64,000 nucleotides of DNA from assembly GCA_044226015.1 (NCBI GenBank), contig JBGAHS010000002.1:1075435-1139434 (forward strand), in the 5' to 3' direction. This DNA is from Candidatus Obscuribacteraceae bacterium. Its GTDB lineage: Bacteria; Cyanobacteriota; Vampirovibrionia; Obscuribacterales; Obscuribacteraceae. The translations under genes were made by a program, and so were the position numbers. Within the stretch, counting starts at the first letter, position 1; each line of letters starts with the position of its first letter. A model generated the notes under the pieces. That model ran no database searches and was not told the DNA's origin. It saw nothing but the letters and a program-made list of their open reading frames with translations. Positions 49,629 through 60,117 of this stretch are shown here, one piece after another.

Positions 49629-52600
49629 ATGGGTGGAGACAAACTTACCAGCAAGCCAACAGACCAAGCGCCTTTGCCAGAGCAGGGCTCAAAACTGAGT
49701 CTTCACTTTGATGCATCTGGTGCTCCCCAAACGCGCTCAGCCGAAACCAGTACTGAAAAGAGTCCTTTCAAAACCATCGATAAACAGGGCGACAACTCGA
49801 ACTCAACAAATCAGATTGAATCGTATTTAGCTCTGCAAGAAAGAGCTCGCGCACCATACGAGGTTCCAAAAAACCTTCAGGAAGGTCAGAAAAACATTGC
49901 TCGGGATAGAGAAGCCACAAACACAGCTGGAATCCCGAAAGAACGCACAATTACTACTCAAACCGGCGAACAGATTAAAGGCATCAAAGTTGTTGATGAC
50001 GTAACGAAGGAACACCGCTTCATAGCGGCCGATAAAGACGGCAAGTTTAACCAGTATCAAATTCAAGAGAATGGCAAAAAACTGCAGCCGCTCGATACAT
50101 CCGGCAAACCAGTAGGCGATGCAATTATGACCAACAAAGCAAAGCCTATGGAAGGTTCACGCAATACAGCAGAAGAAGCGGCTAAAGCCATGGATGGCAA
50201 TGGCAAGCGTCATGAGTTACCCGAGTGGGCAAGCAAACGAGATGGCGAAAAGGGGCGCGGCGAGAACAAGGAATCCGCTGACAAAGGCAATTCAACTGCG
50301 AAATCGCAAGACGGACTAAAGACAGATCCAGCAAAATCTGATGCGCCAAAAATAGATTCACCTAAAGGCGAAAACAAAACAAATCCAGACTCCACCTCAA
50401 CCGAAAATCCGAAGCCTAGACAAGAGTGGAACCGAGACAAAGATGGCGATGGCAAGCCCGATAGCCGCCCTATTCGCGACCGTGATGGCGATGGCAAACC
50501 AGACTTTCGCCCTATCCGCGACCGCGATGGCGATGGAAAACCAGATTTCCGCCCCGGGAAAGACCGCGATGGCGAAAACAAGCTCGACGCAAGCAAGAAA
50601 GATGCAGGTAACAAGGACGCGCCTAAAGATCAAAGCAAAGACAATCCAAAACCTGATTCAACAGATCCGCGCGGAACTCGCGGAGAGATCGACAATACGC
50701 GCTTTGGTAAACCAATTCAGCCAGACGCAGGCGAAAAACCAGGACAGTTCCAACAACCAAAGCAAGCACAGGATTGGCAGAAGCCAGACCTGGGAAATCG
50801 TCCCAACCGAAATGAATTCAACAATCAAACTAATCCGCAAAAACCAGATGGTCCAATTCCAGCTTCAAATAGGAATTTCGAAAATTCAAATTCGCGAGCG
50901 GACGGAAGACCTGAGAATCCTAACCTGAGACCAGACGGAAGACCCGATTTCAACGGACGCCCTGACAGAGGCGACTTGCAGAATAGAGATTTTCCCGGAC
51001 GACGTGATTTTTCTGGACGTGATGACGTGCCAGGGCGCAGAGAACTTGGAGCACGCGAAGACCTAGCAGGAAAGTTTGACCTGAAAGGACGAGTCGATAT
51101 GAACTCCCGCACCGATTTTGCTGCCGCGCGTACTGAATTGGCAAATTTGAATGGCGCCAAAGGAGAGCCCAATCTTCGAGCTGGACGAGATATCCCTGGT
51201 GATCTACGAGCAGATGGCGGAATGCGAGCCCTAGACAGAGCTCTAACAGCGGACATTATGAGCCGAAGCAACGGACATGACCTTTCCGGACGCGACCTTA
51301 TCGGTCGCGAACTGGCAGGTAAAGACTTTGCAGGGCGAGGGCTGGACGGTAGATCTTTGAGTCAGATACTTGATGGTCAGAGACTCAGTTTAAAAGACAA
51401 CACGATGCAGACATTCAGGTCTAATGCCGATCTGCTCACGAATTTGAACCGAAGCCTGGGCGGATCCCAGCTGGACTCCCTTTCAAAACCGGGCGGACGT
51501 TCCGGAATTGATGGAGAGCACGCGGGACTCAGCGCAAGAGGACTTGACGGGAAGCTCGCCGACGGCAGACTTTCAGAAAGCAAACTGGACGCTAAAGAAC
51601 TTGGTAAATCAAGCAGTATGCTTCAAAACGCTATGTCCGAATTGAGCGGAAAAATGCTCGCCACCAAGCTACTCGATATGACGCAAAAACTTGAAATCGG
51701 CAAAATACCGAATCAGGAGCAAACAAACAACGCCATCCGTGAGATGTCCAGGATTCAACGAAACGAAATGGGTACAGCCCAGGACCTTCTCTCTTCTATC
51801 CAGAAAAATCTTTCGCAAAAGAACAACGAGATTGCTTCAAATTCGAATAACAATAACAGCTTTATCGCAAAGAACCTGGAAATTGGTCAGCAACAAGCAT
51901 TGCGCAGCCGCGAACAGGAAAATAATAAGGAACAGAAAACGGAAACCATCACAAAGAACGTTGACAGCATCGCTAATAAATCCCAACAAAACCAACAGAA
52001 TCAAATTCTGACCGCGAAAAATGCTGAGTCTACGAGCCAAAGCCAGACGCAGAAACAAGAACAAACCAGAACTGGTCGCGATGCTGAAGAGCAAACGAAT
52101 CAAAACGCAAAGAACTTCCAAGCAAATCAGAACCTGGTTCAAGCCGAGAAGACTCAAGACAGCAAGCAAGATTCAATTACAAACAAAAACCAAGATAACA
52201 AGCTAGATGACAAAAAACATCTCGAGGACGACAAGAAAACGAAGCAAGACCTTCGAGACGACAGCAAGCAAGACCAGATGGCTGGACTGATTGCAGCAGC
52301 AAAGCTGAAAGAACTAAAAGACAAAGAAAAAGGTAAAGAAAAGGAAGACATAAAAGACAAGAGCAAGCAAGATCCCAAACAAAAAACTCGCTTGAAATAT
52401 CGGGTGAAGAAAAACGATACTCTGGCGCTGATAGCCGAGAAGTTCCTAGGCAATTCGGCACATGCCGCATCCATTTTCCATATCAACAGAACACTCATTC
52501 CAGTCACCACCTATAGTGGCAAGTCCTTCGCTAACCCGCAAGTTGACTCGATGATCTGGATTCCAACAGACGATGATATCGAAATATTCAAGAACTCAGG

Positions 52601-53114
52601 TGTCTTGAAAAACTACGCGGAGATCTCCTTTGCAGGTGTCACTTACGCATCGGCAGAAGATGAATTAGCAGCACGCTTCGGTCAGCGCTGGTTCGGACCG
52701 TCGGATGAGGAGAAGAGAATTAGCCGCGCAAACTTCTCTGATTCTGATAGACAGATTCGCCGAACCAACATAGAAAACCAGCTTGGCGATTTTAACCCGA
52801 GCAATAAAGAATTGGACGGACGCATCCGTTACACCGTACGTCTTGGCGAAACTTTGAAGAGCATCGCTCTAAAGCACCCGCTGTTAAAAGATGTAGAAAT
52901 GTGGAAACTCATTGCTCGAGTAAATAACCTGAGCGAAGAAACAGACGAGAAAGGGTGTCCGCTAGCTTCACTTAAGCGTGGAACAAGCATTGTGCTTCCA
53001 ACACATGAGGAAGCGGAAAATTTCAGAGCCAGCAAGCCTGTGCGCAAACCGAGTTCTGAACAAATGATGCCAGTTCTGCCAATTTCAGAGATCAGCGCGA
53101 TCATGCAAGGCTAG
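49629..53114 (+). CDS. Giant low-complexity protein with two C-terminal LysM-like domains
   Basis: YRVKKNDTLALIAEKFLG and YTVRLGETLKSIALK; DRDGDGKPD repeats; Q/N/K/D-rich linkers. Confidence 0.85.
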   Translation: MGGDKLTSKPTDQAPLPEQGSKLSLHFDASGAPQTRSAETSTEKSPFKTIDKQGDNSNSTNQIESYLALQERARAPYEVPKNLQEGQKNIARDREATNTAGIPKERTITTQTGEQIKGIKVVDDVTKEHRFIAADKDGKFNQYQIQENGKKLQPLDTSGKPVGDAIMTNKAKPMEGSRNTAEEAAKAMDGNGKRHELPEWASKRDGEKGRGENKESADKGNSTAKSQDGLKTDPAKSDAPKIDSPKGENKTNPDSTSTENPKPRQEWNRDKDGDGKPDSRPIRDRDGDGKPDFRPIRDRDGDGKPDFRPGKDRDGENKLDASKKDAGNKDAPKDQSKDNPKPDSTDPRGTRGEIDNTRFGKPIQPDAGEKPGQFQQPKQAQDWQKPDLGNRPNRNEFNNQTNPQKPDGPIPASNRNFENSNSRADGRPENPNLRPDGRPDFNGRPDRGDLQNRDFPGRRDFSGRDDVPGRRELGAREDLAGKFDLKGRVDMNSRTDFAAARTELANLNGAKGEPNLRAGRDIPGDLRADGGMRALDRALTADIMSRSNGHDLSGRDLIGRELAGKDFAGRGLDGRSLSQILDGQRLSLKDNTMQTFRSNADLLTNLNRSLGGSQLDSLSKPGGRSGIDGEHAGLSARGLDGKLADGRLSESKLDAKELGKSSSMLQNAMSELSGKMLATKLLDMTQKLEIGKIPNQEQTNNAIREMSRIQRNEMGTAQDLLSSIQKNLSQKNNEIASNSNNNNSFIAKNLEIGQQQALRSREQENNKEQKTETITKNVDSIANKSQQNQQNQILTAKNAESTSQSQTQKQEQTRTGRDAEEQTNQNAKNFQANQNLVQAEKTQDSKQDSITNKNQDNKLDDKKHLEDDKKTKQDLRDDSKQDQMAGLIAAAKLKELKDKEKGKEKEDIKDKSKQDPKQKTRLKYRVKKNDTLALIAEKFLGNSAHAASIFHINRTLIPVTTYSGKSFANPQVDSMIWIPTDDDIEIFKNSGVLKNYAEISFAGVTYASAEDELAARFGQRWFGPSDEEKRISRANFSDSDRQIRRTNIENQLGDFNPSNKELDGRIRYTVRLGETLKSIALKHPLLKDVEMWKLIARVNNLSEETDEKGCPLASLKRGTSIVLPTHEEAENFRASKPVRKPSSEQMMPVLPISEISAIMQG

Positions 53115-53136
53115 AGCAAGATATTAACAAAGCTGG

Positions 53137-53207
53137 GATGGGCGCCGTGTCCTGCGCGGCTGATGGGCGCCGTGTCCTGCGCGGCTGATGGGCGCCGTGT
53201 CCTGCGC
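53137..53207. repeat. 25-bp tandem repeat x~2.8
   Basis: GATGGGCGCCGTGTCCTGCGCGGCT at 53137, 53162, 53187. Confidence 0.93.
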
Positions 53208-53478
53208 TGAGATACGCGCGATGTACTGCGTCATCGACCGCCATTAGCTCAGCCCGAGTAATATTTGCGGTGTCATCCTGAACGGTTAGACATTGACCAC
53301 CACCACTCCTAAGAAATCCGCTTCAGGACTGGCTTTCACGAAACCTTCATATCAAAAAATCCCAATATCATTAGTAGTTTCAACATATTCAAAATGACAA
53401 GGGGCTCATAACATTGATTCATAGGTTGACAAGCAATCCCCATGCTTTTCACTCTATCTGGGTGGTGAGGTTGATAAA

Positions 53479-53676
53479 ATGGCTAACGCTTTGGATATAG
53501 CGCTTTTTGGCGCTTTCATTGTTCTGACGATTGCACTAATCTGCTTCCGTCGTTTTCATCATTACGAAACCTTCGTCAAATCAGACGAACTAGGTCCTTC
53601 AGCATGGGGGCTGTATTCTGCCCCTTCCGAAAAGACGGCAGTGGCGAACACTCCGCATTCACGTAAGCGTCGATAA
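53479..53676 (+). CDS. Small single-TM protein
   Basis: GAGG RBS, N-terminal hydrophobic helix. Confidence 0.5.
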   Translation: MANALDIALFGAFIVLTIALICFRRFHHYETFVKSDELGPSAWGLYSAPSEKTAVANTPHSRKRR

Positions 53677-53741
53677 AATTGCTGTTAAGCTCATGAGAGC
53701 AGTGTCCCATTTCGAACAAAATTGGGTGTACACTTGAATGC

Positions 53742-54131
53742 ATGGCAATTAATGGCGAATCAAAAGACAAACTGAAGAGCCGACTGGCGCGAGCCATCGG
53801 TCACCTTAACGCTGTGTATCGCATGGTAGATGAGGAAAAATATTGCATTGATGTTTTGCATCAGCTGAAAGCTGTTCAGGCGGCGCTGGATAAAACATCA
53901 GAGGTAATTCTAAAACAACATCTTCAGACCTGTGTAGTGGAAGCTATCCAAGGGCAGGATTCAGCTCGAGTAATTGAAGAGCTGATGCAAGTCTTCAAAC
54001 ATGCCCCTACGCTTTATGCAGAGCAGGATTCTGGAATTGAATTGGTCAATCTCACGACAGCAGCCGCCTCAGTCAAACCAGTAGCTACCAAGACTTCTGA
54101 TGATAAGCAATCAGGTGGTTGCTGCCACTAA
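53742..54131 (+). CDS. CsoR/RcnR-family metal-sensing repressor
   Basis: RLARAIGHL, YCIDVLHQLKAV, HLQTCV (C-H-C ligands); C-terminal GGCCH. Confidence 0.9.
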   Translation: MAINGESKDKLKSRLARAIGHLNAVYRMVDEEKYCIDVLHQLKAVQAALDKTSEVILKQHLQTCVVEAIQGQDSARVIEELMQVFKHAPTLYAEQDSGIELVNLTTAAASVKPVATKTSDDKQSGGCCH

Positions 54132-54262
54132 AGTACTTATGGCTTGCATTTTCACAACCGTCGCCTGTCTGCTGAAAGGCTGCAGTTGTGACATGACCGG
54201 TAAGTTTTACGCTCTAAAAGCCTTTCAGGCGCCCGAACAATCCTGAATTAAGAATGCACTTA

Positions 54263-55066
54263 CTAGTGGCTCAACCTTTGTAGAGTGGCAGCCAAGCTGC
54301 TAACTGGCTGAAACTGCGATGAAAGAGCTGATTCTGCGCTTGTTCTCATCGAAAACTGACCGGCTGGTGACCACATAAACGCGGGAGGTGAAGGTTGAGT
54401 GCGTACAGCAAAATCACTTATTGAAACGCCACCGAAACCATGCCTTTCAGGAATGACCGACGCTTTTACGGCTGGATCAAGCAACCCCTTTGAATTGATT
54501 CCTTCACGACTTACTGAGGCGCCGGTGTAACGATCGAGCCTCAAGGTCAGGTCACTGCCTACCTGAAGTTCGGCACGGCCTGCGTCAATCTTTACTGCAG
54601 TGCTAAATGGGGCTGGAAGATAATCCCCATTCCTTACTCTAATTCCATTTGCTTCCACTTTTAGCAGGTCATTTTCTATTCGCATTGTTAGGGTGTTACC
54701 CTGTCCAACCTTCATTGTCACTGAGTCCATTTGAGCGGCGACTGATTTGCCGTCGGGAACGGCTAAATTGATTGATTTGCCGGTGGTTCGCATTGCAGCA
54801 CCATCGGAAAAAGCAAATCCCAGTTCAGGAAGTCCTGCGCTGCTCCGTGAAAGCATGGAGATTCCAGAATCTGCATTTCCTGAAAATTTAGCGAACGCAT
54901 CCTTGCCGCCCAGTTCCGCAAGATTTGCAAAACCTCCGCCGACCGCCATGCGTTCTCCTGTTAATCCAACAGCCTCAGACAGTGCCTTAGCTGCACCTGG
55001 CATTAGCGATTCCAACTCATGAGCACCCGCTTGAGCTGCGGCCAGCAAAACTCGTTCTCCACCCAT
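54263..55066 (-). CDS. Hypothetical protein
   Basis: Long ORF; GGAG upstream of ATG 55066. Confidence 0.65.
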   Translation of the reverse strand: MGGERVLLAAAQAGAHELESLMPGAAKALSEAVGLTGERMAVGGGFANLAELGGKDAFAKFSGNADSGISMLSRSSAGLPELGFAFSDGAAMRTTGKSINLAVPDGKSVAAQMDSVTMKVGQGNTLTMRIENDLLKVEANGIRVRNGDYLPAPFSTAVKIDAGRAELQVGSDLTLRLDRYTGASVSREGINSKGLLDPAVKASVIPERHGFGGVSISDFAVRTQPSPPAFMWSPAGQFSMRTSAESALSSQFQPVSSLAATLQRLSH

Positions 55067-55177
55067 CCTGTACACTCCAACCAAACCACAAGAGAATCGT
55101 AAAATATTAAGAATCTATAACCAATGTTGAATTGAACAGGTTATTTCTGAACTTCAAAGCAACGCGAAATAACCGAA

Positions 55178-55386
55178 GTTTGATCGATATCGATCAAATT
55201 TCGGCTTTTTGGGAGGGTTCGGAGAGAATTTAGCAGCCTTGGACAGCCACCCTTTTCAACGGGCTGCTGTTTGCATGAAAGACGAAACATGAAACTTGGT
55301 TTTTGATCGATATCGATCAAAATTGCAAGATTTAGGGGCTCTCGGGCATCAAGAAACACGAAATTTGATCGATATCGATCAAATTC
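55178..55386. repeat. Cluster of three GATCGATATCGATC palindromes (55182, 55305, 55367)
   Basis: The 55305-55380 pair is a reverse-complement homologue of the 20.7 and 48.8 kb elements. Confidence 0.92.
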
Positions 55387-55446
55387 GAGCAATCCACAGG
55401 CGTCTGCGATTCTCTTTCTTCTGCTTGGTGCAACTCGACTCTAATC

Positions 55447-55632
55447 TCAAAAGCCAGCAACAAGAATCCATATGAATACAACCATTACAACAAAGCCGAA
55501 AAGCAAAACAAGAAATCCGAGCAATGCCCATTTTTTCAAGAAATCGCCAAACTTCTTTTTGAGCGTGTTCCAGATCATCTTAAAAAGAGCTTCTAAAAAG
55601 CGTTTGATAATTGCCAGCATTTGAAGTCCCAT
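55447..55632 (-). CDS. Small membrane protein
   Basis: Basic amphipathic N-terminus plus C-terminal TM helix. Confidence 0.55.
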   Translation of the reverse strand: MGLQMLAIIKRFLEALFKMIWNTLKKKFGDFLKKWALLGFLVLLFGFVVMVVFIWILVAGF

Positions 55633-55778
55633 CGAATCCAGTTAGGTTTTGAACCAGGAACAGAGTAAGGCGCTACCAAACAAACTCTCTGCCTAAATCA
55701 ATCATATTTCTACGTCCACAAATTAATCAATAGGCAAAAGCCTGATCTCCAGACAAATAGAGTGGAAGGTACATATGT

Positions 55779-55990
55779 ATATTGTGGTGCAGCGTATCCA
55801 AGTTTTGCTGGAACGGCAGGCGAGTTTGACAGAGAGGATCCCGCAAAGAAACGGTTTCATCGTGTGATCAGAGAGAGAGAGTTTGTATGTGGTCAGCAGG
55901 CTTTTGGTTGCCAAAAGCCTGCAAAAATCTCTGCAAATCGATTCCACATGATATTTCAGGTCGCCTATTCGACCGCAGAGCTGCGAAGAC
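55779..55990 (+). pseudogene. Decayed fragment of the IS1595-derived gene at 61701-62738
   Basis: YCGAAYPSFAGT...FHRVIR...KISANRFHMIFQVAYSTA vs YCGAEYPSFVGTVFHRVLR...KISANRFHLIFQVAYSTA; DNA alignable with indels. Confidence 0.88.
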
Positions 55991-55993
55991 GCC

Positions 55994-56605
55994 TCATGGA
56001 CCATTCGAAACAGCCAGATTATATGCTTTCAGCAACTCCAATACCTGGGTTCTGGTTGCATCTTCCGAGCCGGAATTATCAATCACGTGAGAAGAGCGCC
56101 TCATCTTTTCCGCTTGAGGATACTGCGCCCTTAGTCGCTTATCCACCTCTTCATCATTGATTCCATCGCGAGCCTTCAAACGACTACGCACAACATCATC
56201 GGAAGCTATCACGGTCCAAATCTCATCGTATCGTTTTTCTACCCCCGCCTCAAATAGAAGGGGGACCAGAACCGCGACAATTGTCTCCCCGGACAACTCC
56301 TCTATCTGTCGATTACACTCTTGAACTATCGCGGGATGAATTATGCCATTTAGGTCAGACAAGGCGTCCTTGTCGTCGAACACGATTTTTGCAAGTGCTT
56401 TGCGATCAATCTGATCTTGATTGTCAAAAACAGCGTTGCCAAATCTTTTTCTGACAGCATCCTTCACTTTTCTGTCGTTCTTTTGAAGAGCATGCGCAAT
56501 ATGATCTGTGTCCAACACCGGCACACCGAGCTCGTGCAAAATTTTGCCTACTAGAGATTTACCTGATGCAATAGTACCAGTGATACCTACAATCTTTGCT
56601 TTCAC
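55994..56605 (-). CDS. coaE: Dephospho-CoA kinase
   Basis: VGITGTIASGKS, IDRKALAKIVF, IIHP, VPLLFE, VIDNSG. Confidence 0.95.
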   Translation of the reverse strand: MKAKIVGITGTIASGKSLVGKILHELGVPVLDTDHIAHALQKNDRKVKDAVRKRFGNAVFDNQDQIDRKALAKIVFDDKDALSDLNGIIHPAIVQECNRQIEELSGETIVAVLVPLLFEAGVEKRYDEIWTVIASDDVVRSRLKARDGINDEEVDKRLRAQYPQAEKMRRSSHVIDNSGSEDATRTQVLELLKAYNLAVSNGP

Positions 56606-56610
56606 CGCTA

Positions 56611-58791
56611 TTACGCACCTGCCGCACTAAGTTGGCGAGCTGAGCCCTGAAGTTCTTCATACTCCCCGAAGACCCTGAGAAGCTCTGCCACTGACCACGC
56701 TTGAGCGATGCAACCGTGAGCCTTATGCGGAGGGTCTCCATCAAAAATCTCGGATATAGTACCCAAGCCTGCTTCGAAAAGTAAATGATGATGCAGCAAA
56801 AGCGCTAGCTGCGCGTTTATGTACCTAACGTTGTCCTCGTTTTCACCCTGTACATTCATTCGCGCATCAATCCACTGTCCCAAAAGCCATGTCCAGACAG
56901 TGCCTTGATGATAGGTCATGTCTCGATCATACTGATTGGATGAGCGCTTCCCTGTGCCGTATTTCGATTTGTATTTAGCATCTTTCGGAGAAAGCGAACG
57001 TATTCCCAACGGGGTGAGCAATTCGGCTTCGACTGTCTTCAAAATAGATTCTTTTTGCTCCTCTGAAAGGAGATCCTTTTGCAGGCTGAGTGCCAGTATT
57101 TGATTGGGTCTAACACTGTCATCAAAGCTGCCATCTATATTTATGACATCGTACAAGCACTTGCGTTCAGCATTCCAGAATTGCTGGAAGCCTGATTTAG
57201 TGCGCTCAGCAAGTTCATCGTATTGTGTGGAGTCTTGTCCAAGCGAAGACTTAAACAGCGAGAGTGTTCGCAGAAAAGAATACCAGAGAGCATTGACTTC
57301 GACAGCTTTTCCTTGGCGTGGTGTAACAACAAGCCCATCGACTTTCGCATCCATCCAGGTCAGCTGCGCACCATCTGCGCCACCACTCAACAGCCCATCT
57401 TCTTCGTCAACCTTGATGTTGAATCGAGTCCCTTTCAAGTGATGGTCAACCACAGACTCCATGGCTGGTAAGGCCAACTTGACAAACTCACCGTCTCTGC
57501 TAGCAAGAAGATATTTCTTCAGCGCCCACGACCACCAGAGAGTTGCGTCAAGAGTGTTGTATTGCGGCTCAGCACCCTGATCGGGAAAATTATTTGGTAA
57601 CATCCCCTCACTTAGGTAACTTTGGAATGTGCTTAAAATGGAACGCGCTTCGCTTAGTCTTCCCGTGGTCAGGGTCAGTCCCGGCAAACTAATCATTGCA
57701 TCTCTGCCCCAGTCAGTGAACCAATGATAGCCAGCAATAATGGACTGCGAGTCCGTAGTTTGGCGTTGAACAATAAAATTGTCTGCTGCTAAAACCAATC
57801 GCTTCACTGCAGGGTGTGATGGCGAGCCCGCTTGCGCCAAAAGTCCCTCTCGGTGACGGACCAGCTCACGTAATGCCTCTTCTAATGTAAGCAACTCTTC
57901 CATTGGCTCGAGCGATGCGGTGAGAAGAATAGAATCGCCATCTGTCAAATTTAATTGCAAATAACCAGCGTGAAAAGCATCCTCGCGATCTGGCAAGCCG
58001 CGCTCCAATTCTCTTGGATAAAAGTAACCATCGTACCAGTTTGCGTCCGGAACCCACTTCCCGGCAGCGAAATTGATAAACAACTCTTGTGCACCTTCAT
58101 AAGCTCTTATGCAAACGGAGTTTTGATCGTGCTCTTGTTGAAATCGCCATTCACGACTTCCGTGCGTTTCAGAATGGAAGTCTCGGAAATTCGTAATCAC
58201 GTGCAGGTCAAGCTGCTGTCCGGTGGCGCCTGGCTGAGCTGCGCCTTGTTGAGTTGCGCCTGGCTGAGCTGCTCCCGGTTGAGCTGCTCCCGGTTGAGCG
58301 CCTCCTGGTTGAGATGCTCCTGGTTGAGATGCTCCTTCATTTTGTTTGCTATGCCAGGAATATCCAACATATGAATGTTGCTTGCCAGGTAACATAAAGA
58401 CCAATTTGATCAGGTAGCCAGCCTCTAACTCATAAACCCAGTGAGGACATGGATAAATGGAAAAAGCCACGATCTTCTCGTAACCCCTTGGATTAACCAC
58501 GTCTGGCGTCCATAGATTGGTCGAAATGTTTTCTCCGCCCAAATGTTCATCTATCCGAGAGAGCAATAAAGTGCGCTTTGTTGGCGGTTCAAGTGCGGCA
58601 ACGAATAGACCATGATAGCGCCTAGAGTTAGCACCGGACATAGATCCTGATCCAAAAGAACCCAGCCCGTTTGTAACTAACCACTCTCTTCTGTCATCGG
58701 GATCGATGGATTTCGGGTCATAAAAAGGTCTTTCAAAGGCGAAGTCAGCGCCGAGCTTCTCCGCGAACCATAAATCCAGATCAAAACTCAT
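56611..58791 (-). CDS. Glycogen debranching enzyme (GDE_N + amylo-alpha-1,6-glucosidase)
   Basis: REWLVTNGLG, IAGYHWFTDWGRD, LTWMDAK, RPNQI, YHQGTVW, QAWSVAE; ~8 x QPGAx insert at ~58222-58336. Confidence 0.93.
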   Translation of the reverse strand: MSFDLDLWFAEKLGADFAFERPFYDPKSIDPDDRREWLVTNGLGSFGSGSMSGANSRRYHGLFVAALEPPTKRTLLLSRIDEHLGGENISTNLWTPDVVNPRGYEKIVAFSIYPCPHWVYELEAGYLIKLVFMLPGKQHSYVGYSWHSKQNEGASQPGASQPGGAQPGAAQPGAAQPGATQQGAAQPGATGQQLDLHVITNFRDFHSETHGSREWRFQQEHDQNSVCIRAYEGAQELFINFAAGKWVPDANWYDGYFYPRELERGLPDREDAFHAGYLQLNLTDGDSILLTASLEPMEELLTLEEALRELVRHREGLLAQAGSPSHPAVKRLVLAADNFIVQRQTTDSQSIIAGYHWFTDWGRDAMISLPGLTLTTGRLSEARSILSTFQSYLSEGMLPNNFPDQGAEPQYNTLDATLWWSWALKKYLLASRDGEFVKLALPAMESVVDHHLKGTRFNIKVDEEDGLLSGGADGAQLTWMDAKVDGLVVTPRQGKAVEVNALWYSFLRTLSLFKSSLGQDSTQYDELAERTKSGFQQFWNAERKCLYDVINIDGSFDDSVRPNQILALSLQKDLLSEEQKESILKTVEAELLTPLGIRSLSPKDAKYKSKYGTGKRSSNQYDRDMTYHQGTVWTWLLGQWIDARMNVQGENEDNVRYINAQLALLLHHHLLFEAGLGTISEIFDGDPPHKAHGCIAQAWSVAELLRVFGEYEELQGSARQLSAAGA

Positions 58792-58917
58792 CGCTCATTT
58801 CTCCAAAACTGAAAGGATCTTTCCCGATCTTGGCGGATTTTTTCGCCAAAACTGGAAAATTCACCAACAAATTATTCTTGAATTAAGACTTGCCGACCAT
58901 CCCTGAAATTACGCACT

Positions 58918-60024
58918 CTAAACGCCATTTTTCCAAAATTTCGGTAGCCGCGCTCGCATCTTTTCGACGTCTAATTGGGGTTCTTGCTCTAGTATCTTTC
59001 CAACAGCGACAACGATTTCAGGTAGTCGAAAACTAATCTGGTCGCCTCCAGTTAAAAGCACCTCTGGCTTGTAGCCCACTAATTCTTGCAGAGCGCTGTA
59101 GAACGAGGCGCGAAGACCGACAGTAAGTACTTGAGGAAAGCAAGCAGGTTCCGGCAGCAATTCTGGCGAAACCCAATTTTCCAATCTTGCGTCCTCCGCC
59201 CATAAATCAACGCTTAAGCCGTTATCGGTCCTTATACCGCCTTTAGACTTCCGTGCGATCTCTATCTCTACTTTGCCTCCACCGGTAATACTGAATTTTA
59301 GCTGTTGACTGTTGTTCCACATATTTGGTGGAACCTCCGAAGAATCTGAAAACCAGACAACTTCACCATTCAATCTGGCTTCTAAGATCCAGTCGGGCTT
59401 CTTCACAAACGTTTGCCCGAGCCCAAACCAACAGTTATATTCGCACCAACCATCCTGTCTCGCGTAAAAAGTTTTCCTTTCTCCGTCAAGCAAATTTACC
59501 TTGCCATGCACTGCTCTGCTGTCTCCGTACCCAGCTGCCGCGACAAGAACATGACCTGGCTTTCCAGTACCTGTCCAGTTGCCAATCTGCATGGATTCCC
59601 AGCCGGTGCCGTCCATTGCATGCCGGTAGCCTCCAAAAGAACAGTTTCCGACAGAAACCATCCCTAACGATTCAGCAAGTTGGGCTGCCCAGGCATAACC
59701 TTCACTCCAACCAGGACGCACTATTCTTCCTTGGTCCCAAAGTGTCTTGCAAACCTCAAAATTCTCAAAGGCCTTGAGTAAAATCACTTTTGCGTTTGGC
59801 TCAAAGCGCAACAAGCGTGTCAAAACTTCTGTCCCATGACCCATTGGATCTCCCGCAAATCGCTCTAGCTGCTTTGCGGAGAGATAATCATTTCTTGACT
59901 CGACTTGAAACTTACAGTTTTTCTCGGTTAGGTCCCAAGCTCCGAGAACCTGTGTGCTGACACGTTTCAAGACTTCGCGTGTAAAGCCGCTATCGATGAT
60001 AATGAAGGCGCAAGTTTTTTTCAC
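58918..60024 (-). CDS. Divergent S8 subtilase-like protein
   Basis: IIIDSG (Asp), GHGT (His), NCSFG, AAAGYG, QISFRLP (Ser region). Confidence 0.7.
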   Translation of the reverse strand: MKKTCAFIIIDSGFTREVLKRVSTQVLGAWDLTEKNCKFQVESRNDYLSAKQLERFAGDPMGHGTEVLTRLLRFEPNAKVILLKAFENFEVCKTLWDQGRIVRPGWSEGYAWAAQLAESLGMVSVGNCSFGGYRHAMDGTGWESMQIGNWTGTGKPGHVLVAAAGYGDSRAVHGKVNLLDGERKTFYARQDGWCEYNCWFGLGQTFVKKPDWILEARLNGEVVWFSDSSEVPPNMWNNSQQLKFSITGGGKVEIEIARKSKGGIRTDNGLSVDLWAEDARLENWVSPELLPEPACFPQVLTVGLRASFYSALQELVGYKPEVLLTGGDQISFRLPEIVVAVGKILEQEPQLDVEKMRARLPKFWKNGV

Positions 60025-60117
60025 CTAGACTCAGACTCCTGGACGCAGCTCTGAGCTTCAATTTTACGTGGTTTCTTTAGTCAAGCGATAACATTATTCG
60101 GGTCAATTTTTGAAACT

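Noticed and set aside
55762..56160. 132-aa ORF as a functional gene
   Set aside because: Chimera of a decayed IS1595-like fragment and antisense coaE sequence
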